A DNA stretch of 64,000 nucleotides. It comes from Candidatus Rifleibacteriota bacterium (lineage in GTDB: Bacteria; Muiribacteriota; Ozemobacteria; Ozemobacterales; Ozemobacteraceae). Below the pieces are notes generated by a model, which saw only the letters and a program-made list of their open reading frames with translations, was not told the DNA's origin and did not search any database. Of this stretch, positions 55,451 to 64,000 are shown in pieces. The translations under genes and the position numbers were made by a program. Numbering within the stretch: position 1 is the first letter of the stretch; each line of letters starts with the position of its first letter. Location: positions 26,061 through 90,060 of the forward strand of contig CAJOND010000030.1 of NCBI GenBank assembly GCA_905236675.1. The letters are read 5' to 3'.

Positions 55451-58400
55451 TTTACGCTCCATATTTCATTAAAGGTACTATCGGAATTTTCACCTCCAGA
55501 AATAACTATCTTAGAATCAAATGTAATCACTTGATGGTTGCTTCTGGCTTTAAAATTATTGTTATATGGCATTTGAATCCAATTGGAACCATTATTTGTT
55601 GCATAAATCTTAGAAAGGTATGAAGGATTGCCGACAGAACCTGTTTGTCCACTTATCAACCAGATTCTGTCATTATAAACAGTTGCTCCGGCACCATAAA
55701 ATGGAGTGATTCCAATATTATCAGATTTTTTTGACCAATTTGTGTTTTTATCTTTGAACAGAACTAATTCATTTAACGCAATTTCATTATTGTTACTATC
55801 TTTTCCATACCCACCCAGGACAAAAATACTTTCATAGTTATTGTCTTCAACGTCTTTAAATACTAGTACAGAAGCTTTTTTTCTTGGAATATCTATTTTT
55901 GATCTATCATCCCATGTTATTCCATCAGAAGAAGACCATATATCTCCTACTAAGCCATCTGGACTTTCACCAAGCATAACCCATAATTTCCCATTATAGG
56001 AAATCATATTGTGATAGGCTCTTCTTGAAAATAAGGTTTCATTAACATAATTAGAAGTTTCTCTATCATTTGAAACTTTTATCCAGTTTATTCCATCAGA
56101 TGAATTCCATACATCGTTTAAATATGTAACTCCGCTTATATCATCAATTTTAATACCGCCAGAAACCCATATTTTGTTATTGAACACCGTACAACTGTGA
56201 CCAAATCTTGCACCAAAATCAGCATTAGATGTTATTTTTGTCCATGTTTCTCCATTTGTGGACTTACATATGTCTCCTAGTGGGGAACCAGTATTGTCTT
56301 TACCGCCTATTATCCATAAGGCGTTGTTAAAGACAATCATAGAATGGTCGGTTCTTGGAATGACTGTTGTATCGTTTTCATTTTGAGCAAAAAGATTGTT
56401 CCAGTTATTTCCTTCATTTACTTCTGTTTTAAAACTCCATGAACTGTTTCCGGTTGGATGAGTTCCGTTTGCATCATAGTAGTCATCTGTAATCTCAACG
56501 TTGTACTGAGTTCCATATGCCAGAGATGCTAGGGGCTTGAAAATCATTTTGTTTCCATCCCATCTGAAATACCCCTCTATAGAAACATTACTATTGCTTT
56601 TTTTTAAACTGAATGCTTGTTCAGCAGAATTCTTATTGACTGCTTTGTTAAAAACTACAATTATTTCACTGTCTGTTGCTACTGAATTTGAGCCAGATTT
56701 TGGCTGACAGTTATTTAAAACAACTTTTGGAATAAGAATAGTTCTAAAACTAGAATTCTGAGGGTTAGCTATTGCTATTGATTCTGAATCTATAACACTC
56801 TCTTTGATAATGGTTCTTATATATGTGTATTCTGCCCAATTTTCAGAATTTGTTATTATCAGCTTCTGGCTTGAATTTTCCCATCTAAAACTTAGGTTAG
56901 AACTAGGATTAACTTCAATAGCTCCTTCTGTTACATTTTCGTTCATAGGTTTGCTGAATGTAATTTCTATGGATTTATCTAAGGCTATTTCGGTTGCTTG
57001 ATTAGTTGGGTTTATTGAAAGAACTATAGGACTTAAAATAGTTTTAAATCTTAATGAGAATTCTTCTTTTAATTGCTGGTTCTCATTATCTTGGGCATTT
57101 TTGCTTATGTTTATTATATAGGAAGTATTAGGTTGCCAGCCTTTGTTGGCTGTGATATTCAAAGTTTTGCCATTAATCCAATTTGTAGAGAACCCTTGAG
57201 ACAACGTAGGCGAAATAGAAATTGAATTAATTACACTAGTCTGATTCATAACCTTAGAAAAATTAATGGTTATGATTTGATTAGGATAAATATTTTCAGA
57301 ATAAGATTCTGGAGAGACACTTATTATTCCAGGTTTTTCTGTATTAGTGTCAGTATTGGTTCCTGTTTCACTGCCGGTGCCAGTGTTCGTGTTAGTCCCA
57401 GTTCCACTATTTGTGTTTGTATCAGTCGAACTGCCAGTGTTCGTTTCTGTTCCGCTGCCAGTATCAGTTGCAGTGTTAGTGTTAGTTCCAGTTCCACTAT
57501 TTGTGTTTGTACTGGTAGAACTACTGGTGTTTGTTTCTGTTCCGCTGCCAGTATCAGTTACAGTGTTAGTTCCAGTTCCACTGCTTGTGTTTGTACTGGT
57601 AGAACTACTGGTGTTTGTTTCTGTTCCGCTGCCAGTATCAGTTACAGTGTTAGTTCCAGTTCCACTGCTTGTGTTTGTACTAGTCGAACTGCCAGTGTTC
57701 GTTTCTGTTCCTGATGGCTTAGGAGTTCCAAATATTAACACAAAATCATTTTCTAACGATAAATAATCAGATTTAGCCGTTTTATTTATTGTCAGAGTAT
57801 AGGTTTGAAAATCTTCAAATTGACAGCTCAATGTAAGTATTTTGTTATTGTTTGACCATTTCTTTACTATTTTCCCTTTAACTTTTGGATTAATAGTTAA
57901 AGCTGAATCAATAGAAGAAGTGTCCATTTCTTGAGAAAACTCAATTATAATTTTTGAATTTGTTTCTATAATTGGTGTATTAACCTGATTTTGCGGTTCT
58001 GTCTTTATTACATATGGAGCAACAGGTTCTTCTATTTGTTCACTATCTTCAATTCCTTCTATAAACGAGACTCTTTTCTGACTGATATAACAGTAATTGG
58101 TTTCAGGATCAGTATATTCGGCAACTAGAATAATAAAATCCGGTACATCGTCTAGCCCGTATTCTTTAAATTCTAATGTAAGAGAATAAGTGGCTAGATT
58201 TGAAGATATATCTGGTTGAGGTAATGAAGAAAGATTTATTTCATAACTATTTGTTGCGGTCAGAGTTTTCGAATCGTATATGATCGGAAAATTAACTCTA
58301 CCAAAAATTTTAAGGCTATATTTCCCTGCAGAATGATAAGGAGCAGTGATTTTTATATCAAGATTATTCTTGAAATTTCCGTTTTTCCCATTGGTTGCTA

Positions 58401-59049
58401 AAGATGTGGGAGCGGTTATTACTGGAGATTTTTCAATAGGGCTGATATTTTTCCCTTTGACTAAAAGCCAATCTGAAAATGAATAGGTCTGAAAGCTTAA
58501 AAAGGTTTTATTATATTGGTTAGGTGCCTGTAAATACCATTTGTTATTTTTTCTTTTAGCGGCATAATAACTATGTAAAGGATAATCGTTATTGTGATTA
58601 AATATAAGCGTTGCAGGATTTGCCAGTAGCATTGGTTTCTTATTTTTATTGATTAGTTCTATTGAATAAAAATAATTTGAAACTTCATCGTAATCATTTG
58701 TAAGATTGGTAATGTTTGCCCTATAATTTCCAAAAATTGGTTTTGATGGTTGTGATATCAGTTTTTTTAATTCTATCTTGGAAGAAGAGTCATTTATTGG
58801 AGTTTGTGATACCGAAATATACCCATCTTCACAAGAACCTTGAGTTATTTCTAAGCTAAATTCACCAAAATTATTATTAATTATATCTTTAGATGATATT
58901 TCTCGGTTATTTATAAGGCTTTTGGGACTTTCACCCTGTTTTAATTCTGTTATTCCATTATTATGGTCGAAAAAACAGCCTATGGAATTTAGAGAAATAA
59001 AAGAAAGTATAAAAAATATACTAGATAATAAAAAAATTTTTTTTTTCAT
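55447..59049 (-). CDS. 1200-aa surface protein: N-terminal domain, several SbsA/Big_5-type Ig-like domains, Thr/Ser/Gly/Asn repeat linker, C-terminal six-blade Kelch propeller
   Basis: Signal peptide with a possible lipobox (NSIGC). Ig-like modules of the form P..V....P......V....I.I.FS..M. Kelch blades: [74 protein letters not shown]. Confidence 0.7.
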   Translation of the reverse strand: MKKKIFLLSSIFFILSFISLNSIGCFFDHNNGITELKQGESPKSLINNREISSKDIINNNFGEFSLEITQGSCEDGYISVSQTPINDSSSKIELKKLISQPSKPIFGNYRANITNLTNDYDEVSNYFYSIELINKNKKPMLLANPATLIFNHNNDYPLHSYYAAKRKNNKWYLQAPNQYNKTFLSFQTYSFSDWLLVKGKNISPIEKSPVITAPTSLATNGKNGNFKNNLDIKITAPYHSAGKYSLKIFGRVNFPIIYDSKTLTATNSYEINLSSLPQPDISSNLATYSLTLEFKEYGLDDVPDFIILVAEYTDPETNYCYISQKRVSFIEGIEDSEQIEEPVAPYVIKTEPQNQVNTPIIETNSKIIIEFSQEMDTSSIDSALTINPKVKGKIVKKWSNNNKILTLSCQFEDFQTYTLTINKTAKSDYLSLENDFVLIFGTPKPSGTETNTGSSTSTNTSSGTGTNTVTDTGSGTETNTSSSTSTNTSSGTGTNTVTDTGSGTETNTSSSTSTNTNSGTGTNTNTATDTGSGTETNTGSSTDTNTNSGTGTNTNTGTGSETGTNTDTNTEKPGIISVSPESYSENIYPNQIITINFSKVMNQTSVINSISISPTLSQGFSTNWINGKTLNITANKGWQPNTSYIINISKNAQDNENQQLKEEFSLRFKTILSPIVLSINPTNQATEIALDKSIEITFSKPMNENVTEGAIEVNPSSNLSFRWENSSQKLIITNSENWAEYTYIRTIIKESVIDSESIAIANPQNSSFRTILIPKVVLNNCQPKSGSNSVATDSEIIVVFNKAVNKNSAEQAFSLKKSNSNVSIEGYFRWDGNKMIFKPLASLAYGTQYNVEITDDYYDANGTHPTGNSSWSFKTEVNEGNNWNNLFAQNENDTTVIPRTDHSMIVFNNALWIIGGKDNTGSPLGDICKSTNGETWTKITSNADFGARFGHSCTVFNNKIWVSGGIKIDDISGVTYLNDVWNSSDGINWIKVSNDRETSNYVNETLFSRRAYHNMISYNGKLWVMLGESPDGLVGDIWSSSDGITWDDRSKIDIPRKKASVLVFKDVEDNNYESIFVLGGYGKDSNNNEIALNELVLFKDKNTNWSKKSDNIGITPFYGAGATVYNDRIWLISGQTGSVGNPSYLSKIYATNNGSNWIQMPYNNNFKARSNHQVITFDSKIVISGGENSDSTFNEIWSVK
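57361..57708 (-). repeat. four tandem 84-90 nt repeats inside the Kelch protein gene
   Basis: Units lie at 57361-57450, 57451-57540, 57541-57624 and 57625-57708. The last three are near-identical. They encode [28 protein letters not shown]-type units. Confidence 0.9.
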
Positions 59050-59052
59050 TTT

Positions 59053-59859
59053 TTATTGTCCATTTATCCTTTTTTTGTGCTCTTCAAGGTGTTCTTGGCA
59101 AAAAGCTACTCCATTTTCACCACATTCTTTGCAAACACAATATCTGAAGGTTAATTCAGGGTTAGAAACATCTGTTTTCCCGCAAACAGAGCATTTGTGT
59201 CGATAATCTTTTTGGGGAGAAGCTGCTTTTTCAAAAGAAGCTTTTCTAAGTTTTTGTTGTCTACTTTGTTTGATTCCACGTAATGCAGGTATAACAAAAA
59301 ACAGCAAATAATTTGCAAAAGACAGTATAATAGCAATTTTTGCATTAATAGGAAGAATAAACAGTGTATATATTACCCCCAAAGCTGAAATAATGGCTAA
59401 ATATTTGATTTTAATTGGGATAATAAACATGAAAAGCATTTCTTCATCTGGATACAAAGAGGCATAGCCGAAAAATAGAGATAAATACATCGGATAACTG
59501 TCTATTCTCATGTCGGGGACTAACATTGAAGCTATGCACATAAACATAGCTCCTAATACATAGTATAATGTAAATTTAAAGGAGCCGATGGCTTCTTCTA
59601 TGCCTTTACCACAGGTAACGATGATCAATAGCTCGAAAATCAAAAAAAAGGGACTTCTACTGATCGGAATTAATAGAAAAGTAAAAATTCTCCAAATTTC
59701 ACCTTTCATTATCTGTGACCATCTTAGAGTAAGGTAACTTATAAGCGATGGATTTGATTGGGATAAAAAGAACACAACTAACATTAAACCAGCAATATAA
59801 AAGATTAAATTATACAAAGTGAATTTTTCTAGTTTATTTTGAAGTTTATTTTTATCCAT
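59053..59859 (-). CDS. rhomboid-like polytopic membrane protein lacking recognisable catalytic Ser/His, with C-terminal Cys-rich zinc-ribbon
   Basis: GEIWRIFTFLLIP resembles the rhomboid WR-motif helix but lacks the His. GYASLYP stands where GxSG is expected. No AHxGG-type His is present. C-terminal CSVCG...CVCKECG...FCQEH. Confidence 0.45.
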   Translation of the reverse strand: MDKNKLQNKLEKFTLYNLIFYIAGLMLVVFFLSQSNPSLISYLTLRWSQIMKGEIWRIFTFLLIPISRSPFFLIFELLIIVTCGKGIEEAIGSFKFTLYYVLGAMFMCIASMLVPDMRIDSYPMYLSLFFGYASLYPDEEMLFMFIIPIKIKYLAIISALGVIYTLFILPINAKIAIILSFANYLLFFVIPALRGIKQSRQQKLRKASFEKAASPQKDYRHKCSVCGKTDVSNPELTFRYCVCKECGENGVAFCQEHLEEHKKRINGQ

Positions 59860-59867
59860 ATTGATTA

Positions 59868-62477
59868 TTATTGAGATATTTTTGAAAGTTTTACACCTGT
59901 AGAAAGAAGAATATTATTTGGGTTGGATTTTGTCGGGATACAAGTTACATTAACTTTATCTCCTACAGAGATGCCTTTTGCAGCTTTTTCCTTAAAATTA
60001 ACCAAGAATTCTTGATTGTCAGTTGATTTTATAAGAATCTTGGATTCAGAAAAAACCTGAGTGACAGTAGCAGTAACGGTGCAAGATTTATTCATTCTTA
60101 TTTTACTTGATGATTTATTGGATTTCCTTGAGGGACCTCTTTCGCTCGAAGGTCTGTTATTTTTATAATCTGAAGGAGATTTGGTATGCACTGGATTATA
60201 TATACGGTATATAATTCCAATCAATATAACTAAGATACTCGCGCCTATAATAATCCACCATATATAATCTTTTGAATCTTTGGCTGAATCTTTGTCTTTT
60301 TTCTTAGAATTTTCGTTTGCTATTTTATTTGTTAGCTTTTTAACATTTTCAACAGAATAAGGTTTATCTTCAATTTCTTCTGGGTTTTGGAAAACGTCTA
60401 TCTCTTCTAAATTGCTTTTGATTTTAGGTATTGTAGCTAAAATTTCTTCTAGTTCATTTCTTGCTTGAGAAACTACCATTTCAAGGTTTGGATCTGTTGT
60501 TATTACGCTTATTTTGTCTAGCATTGTTAATATAACAGGGTCAGGATTGCTTAACAAAACAGCTGTTATTTGTTTAGCTACCAAATCATATTTTTCCTTA
60601 AGTAAAGCATTTATCAGTATTTTATAAACAGATTCGAATGGACATAAAGCAAGACAACTTATTGCATAGGAACGATGATTCTGGTCATCTGATGAAATAA
60701 GCTTTTCAAGAGCCTGTATTGATTTTTCAGGATTAACTTTAAGACCAAAACGTATCGCCCTGACTCTTATATTGGTATCACTTGAAAGCAGTAAATCTGA
60801 TAATTTATCTTTGATTACATCTGGGGCAACTTTTTCTAGAATTTTAAACCCGGCAGTTTTTATTTTGATATTATCTTCATAAAGAGCTTGAATACCCAAA
60901 TTTTTAATTTTAATAGTTGGAGAAAGTCTTAAAAGAGTATTTAAAGCTTCTACTCTTATGGGAACAGGAGTAGATGTGTTTTCAGCTAATTCAGTAACCT
61001 CAGATTTTTCTGTGAGGAATTGCTGCATATCCATTTGTTTTAAATACTGGACCTTAGATTTATTCTCGTCTATAGGTTTCTGATCTATCTGGTTATTCTT
61101 ATTGGATTCAGGTATTTCTGTAAGTTCAGGCAAAGTTGAATTTGAATCATCAAAATTCGTTTCTACTGATGCTTTTGTTTCTGTTTCAACTGATTTTTTC
61201 TCTTGAATAATATCTGGTTTTTTATTTGTTTTTAAAGGAACTGAAAACTTTTTATCGTCTGCTGAATTAAAAATGCTTTCGATGTTTGGAAGAATTAAAT
61301 TATCGTTTAGATTATCTGTTGTTAAGCGTTGATAAACATCTTCTGTCTGTGGGTTAACAGATAGGTGTTCAATAAATTCTGCAACATCCGGAATGTTTTT
61401 GTTTTTTTCCAGCCAATTAATTATACCTTCTCTTTTTTCGCCTGTAGTTGTACATAGCTGGATTTCCAAGTCGTTTAAAAACTTTTTAAGTCTTTCTTTT
61501 TTCCATGTAGCTACAAGTGCTTGTGGGGTTGCTTCTTTGGCTGGTAAAACTCTTGCTGTAGTTATTGCTACCGAAATAATATTAAATATAGAAGTAACAG
61601 GTTTTCGTTGACTTGGTGGTAAGGTTTCCAGAACGTCTAAAATTCTAAGGGCTAGCTCTAGTGAAGGGTTCGAAGCTAATACTGTAGCACAGGCTTTGAA
61701 TACATCGGCGTCCTTTTCCTCTGGTAATAGGGCGACAATATAACTCTTTACCCTGTCAAATGGGAACAGGAAGCTGATTTCTAAAGCGGCTAATCGGTCT
61801 TCAGGATGGGTTGAAGCTAATAAACGTAAAAAATGTCTTTCTGCTTCAGTCTGGTCAATTTTTTGAAGAACCATTACAGCTCTAGAACGAACTAATGCTT
61901 CCTTACTTGCCAATAAATAAGGCAATACAGGTATAAGCATTTTAGTGTCTATCTTTTCAGCTGCGCTTATGTAAGGCAAAGTCAAAGTGTTGTGATGTGT
62001 TCGTAAATAGTCAACTATAAAATCTGCATCTTTAGAATTACCAAATTTACCTAAGAACACACCTACAGATGGTAATAAAGCTTCTGGAATTTCTTTGGGG
62101 TGATTTCTTACATAATCTAACAGAATGACTGCTTTCTCATTTGCGGCTGATAAAAAATCATAGGTCGTCAAATTCTTTGGATCTAATTGTTCTATTGAAG
62201 TATTGGCAGGATTATACCCTTCAACAAGAACCTCATTGGTTAGATTAGGGTTATATGATTCTATTTTTTTCTCTAATTTCTGAGTAATCTTTGTAATAGC
62301 CTGAGAAATAAAAAATGATTCTTCTCTATCGCTTTTTGTGGCAAGAGCAGAAAGAGCTATAAGGGCAGCTTGAGAACTCCCAACTCTAGTCAGCTTAACA
62401 ATAGCTTGAATTCTTAAGCTTCTCTTATCAGAGTTAAGTTGTTCGATTAGTTCTTGCTCTTTGTTTACGTCAGACAA
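59868..62477 (-). CDS. HEAT/armadillo-like repeat protein with one TM helix and a small C-terminal beta-rich domain
   Basis: Repeated helical pairs of the PBS-lyase HEAT type (RIQAIVKLTRVGS..., RSRAVMVLQKI..., RVRAIRFGLKV...). TM helix YIWWIIIGASILVILIGIIYRIY. Confidence 0.55.
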   Translation of the reverse strand: MSDVNKEQELIEQLNSDKRSLRIQAIVKLTRVGSSQAALIALSALATKSDREESFFISQAITKITQKLEKKIESYNPNLTNEVLVEGYNPANTSIEQLDPKNLTTYDFLSAANEKAVILLDYVRNHPKEIPEALLPSVGVFLGKFGNSKDADFIVDYLRTHHNTLTLPYISAAEKIDTKMLIPVLPYLLASKEALVRSRAVMVLQKIDQTEAERHFLRLLASTHPEDRLAALEISFLFPFDRVKSYIVALLPEEKDADVFKACATVLASNPSLELALRILDVLETLPPSQRKPVTSIFNIISVAITTARVLPAKEATPQALVATWKKERLKKFLNDLEIQLCTTTGEKREGIINWLEKNKNIPDVAEFIEHLSVNPQTEDVYQRLTTDNLNDNLILPNIESIFNSADDKKFSVPLKTNKKPDIIQEKKSVETETKASVETNFDDSNSTLPELTEIPESNKNNQIDQKPIDENKSKVQYLKQMDMQQFLTEKSEVTELAENTSTPVPIRVEALNTLLRLSPTIKIKNLGIQALYEDNIKIKTAGFKILEKVAPDVIKDKLSDLLLSSDTNIRVRAIRFGLKVNPEKSIQALEKLISSDDQNHRSYAISCLALCPFESVYKILINALLKEKYDLVAKQITAVLLSNPDPVILTMLDKISVITTDPNLEMVVSQARNELEEILATIPKIKSNLEEIDVFQNPEEIEDKPYSVENVKKLTNKIANENSKKKDKDSAKDSKDYIWWIIIGASILVILIGIIYRIYNPVHTKSPSDYKNNRPSSERGPSRKSNKSSSKIRMNKSCTVTATVTQVFSESKILIKSTDNQEFLVNFKEKAAKGISVGDKVNVTCIPTKSNPNNILLSTGVKLSKISQ

Positions 62478-62551
62478 AATTATACCCCTAAAAATTCTCT
62501 AATACTATTTTAAATACTTGTCTTTTACTTTGCAAGCTTTTGTTGTTGAAG

Positions 62552-64000
62552 TTATTGGTCTAATGACATACGAGGTCTGGAACTTAAAACAGATGAGTTA
62601 TGCTTTGATACTTTTTCTTTAACAATATGGGGTGTGATGAAAATAATTAATTCAGTTCTGTTTTCTTGAGTTGTTCTGCTTTGGAATAACTTGCCTATTC
62701 CTGGTAAATTCCCTAGAATCGGAACTTTATTTATTGATTCACTTTTATCTGTCTTTATCATACCACCAATAACAATAGTGTGATTATTTTTACATATAAC
62801 CTGAGTTTTTGCACTTCTATTACTAAGGTTTGGTGTGGAGTTACCACCTAATGTTGTATATCCAAGAACACTTGATATGGTAGGTTCTATATCAAGAAAT
62901 ACTTCATCATTACCTGTAACTGATGGAGTTACAACTAATGAAATGTTAGCATCAGCTTGTGATACTGTGTTAGAAACCTGACCTCCTTCACTAACTGTTG
63001 AAGCAGAGATATATGAAATTGCCTGTCCGACTGTTATATTTGCTTCACGATTGTTTAGCGTTGTAATAACAGGATTACTTAATACCTTAGCAAATGAGCC
63101 AGTATTTAACATTGATAAGACAGCTGTAAACTGATTGACATCAAGACTACCAAATCTGAAAACACCTGTTCCACCAGTAGAAGAAGATGGAGCAATAGTA
63201 GCTTCAAATATATTTGAATCAGTCATTCCTGCAACAGGGATGTTCTTTTGCCAGTTTATTCCCATCTGTTCTTCTTTGCCTTTGTCTATTTCGTAAATGT
63301 GAGCGTCTATTGTTACTTGAATAGGGGGAACATCTAATTTGTCAATTAGTTCTCTTATGCGGTCAAGATTAGTTGATGTGTCAGTAATGATCATCATATC
63401 CATACGGCCAGTTGTGTTTCCACCACCAGCTGCACCTGCTTGAGAGGCGGCACTTGATGAAAAATTCTTGATTTTAGCACCTTCTGACAACATCTGAATT
63501 GCTTCGTTTATTGTTGATGCATCTGCATAGTTTAGATAAAAGACTTCGGTAACTGGTCTGGAGGTAATTTCTAATCCTGTTTCCTGAACATCTATTTGAG
63601 GAAGCATATTTTCTATTTCTGTAAGCTTTGCCAAAGTGTCTGTAACAATTATAGAATTGGTTCTACTATCTATTTCAGAAGTACCTTTGCTAGAAAGCAA
63701 ACGAGCTATCATAGGCTGTATTTCAACTGCGTTTGTGTGCAGAATACTAAAAATCTTTGTAAAAGTAGGAGCATCGCTAGCTTGAAATATTCTTAGTATT
63801 TTTCCTTCCCATGAAAAAGATAAATCATAGTTGACAAGTATAGTATTAAAAGCTTCTTCCATAGTAACATCATTAAATAATACGGTAATGGATTTACCAC
63901 TAACACCATTACCAAGCATAAGATTTATATTTATTATTCTTGCCAAGGATCTTAGGGCATCAGCAACATCAGTTTGTCTGAAATCCAGAGATTTTATTCT
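62552..64000 (-). CDS. secretin (PilQ/GspD family), N-terminus beyond the window edge
   Basis: C-terminal secretin domain VPILGNLPGIGKLFQSRTTQENRTELIIFITPHIV. The frame stays open past the TTG at 63946 to nt 64000 and reads RKISLDFRQTDVADALRSLARI, an N0-domain consensus. Confidence 0.9.
   Translation of the reverse strand, partial: RIKSLDFRQTDVADALRSLARIININLMLGNGVSGKSITVLFNDVTMEEAFNTILVNYDLSFSWEGKILRIFQASDAPTFTKIFSILHTNAVEIQPMIARLLSSKGTSEIDSRTNSIIVTDTLAKLTEIENMLPQIDVQETGLEITSRPVTEVFYLNYADASTINEAIQMLSEGAKIKNFSSSAASQAGAAGGGNTTGRMDMMIITDTSTNLDRIRELIDKLDVPPIQVTIDAHIYEIDKGKEEQMGINWQKNIPVAGMTDSNIFEATIAPSSSTGGTGVFRFGSLDVNQFTAVLSMLNTGSFAKVLSNPVITTLNNREANITVGQAISYISASTVSEGGQVSNTVSQADANISLVVTPSVTGNDEVFLDIEPTISSVLGYTTLGGNSTPNLSNRSAKTQVICKNNHTIVIGGMIKTDKSESINKVPILGNLPGIGKLFQSRTTQENRTELIIFITPHIVKEKVSKHNSSVLSSRPRMSLDQ

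Noticed and set aside
57277-57766. Two plus-strand ORFs (145 and 139 aa) rich in Cys/Ser/Val or Val/Pro/Leu
   Set aside because: They lie antisense to the 84-90 nt tandem repeats of the Kelch protein gene. They are open only because of the repeat composition, and they have no start context or recognisable fold.
1-64000. Alternative genetic code, prophage, transposon, CRISPR-Cas, retron/DGR or toxin-antitoxin content
   Set aside because: Long uninterrupted ORFs end with all three standard stop codons. I could recognise no reverse transcriptase, integrase, transposase, Cas, capsid/terminase or short paired toxin-antitoxin genes by eye.

Overview
This is an AT-rich (about one-third G+C by eye), roughly 90% coding chromosomal segment from a diderm bacterium; I cannot name the species from sequence alone. 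All calls were made by eye from the ORF track and the DNA, with no searches run.

I recognise about 50 protein genes. I found no rRNA, tRNA, CRISPR array, transposase, integrase or reverse transcriptase.

**Housekeeping backbone:** ddh, udk, lepA, gpsA, accB-like plus accC, xseA-xseB-ispA, ispD-ispE, nagZ, topB, rnhA.

**Envelope and type IV filament genes make up most of the rest:**
- a GspG-like pseudopilin
- a GspI/J/K-like minor pseudopilin trio whose third member is 802 aa
- a PilC/GspF platform protein
- a secretin, truncated by the window edge
- two tandem Flp pilins behind a near-consensus sigma-54 promoter
- many secreted SH3b, NHL, TolB-like and Kelch beta-propeller proteins
- PrsW and rhomboid intramembrane proteases

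**Most notable observations:**
1. A signalling cassette at 6.9-12.1 kb holds a Hanks Ser/Thr kinase and a PP2C phosphatase flanked by two TadZ/CpaE-like ATPases. Their usual pseudo-receiver domain is replaced by an FHA domain in one and a cyclic-nucleotide-binding domain in the other. The FHA protein also lacks the Walker A lysine.
2. An STT3/AglB/PglB-family oligosaccharyltransferase-like gene sits next to an LtaS-like transferase at the left edge.
3. A BCCP (AccB) homologue has Asn at the position of the biotinylated lysine.
4. A 182-bp array of 26 perfectly phased heptanucleotides with a stepwise drifting consensus lies in a divergent promoter region.
5. A tightly packed minus-strand operon runs secretin, HEAT protein, rhomboid-like pseudoprotease, 1200-aa Kelch protein, rnhA, acidic protein. 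The Kelch gene contains 84-90 nt tandem repeats that encode E-x-N-x-S sequons.
6. udk has its P-loop upstream of the first in-frame ATG, and the only nearby ATG is out of frame by one base.
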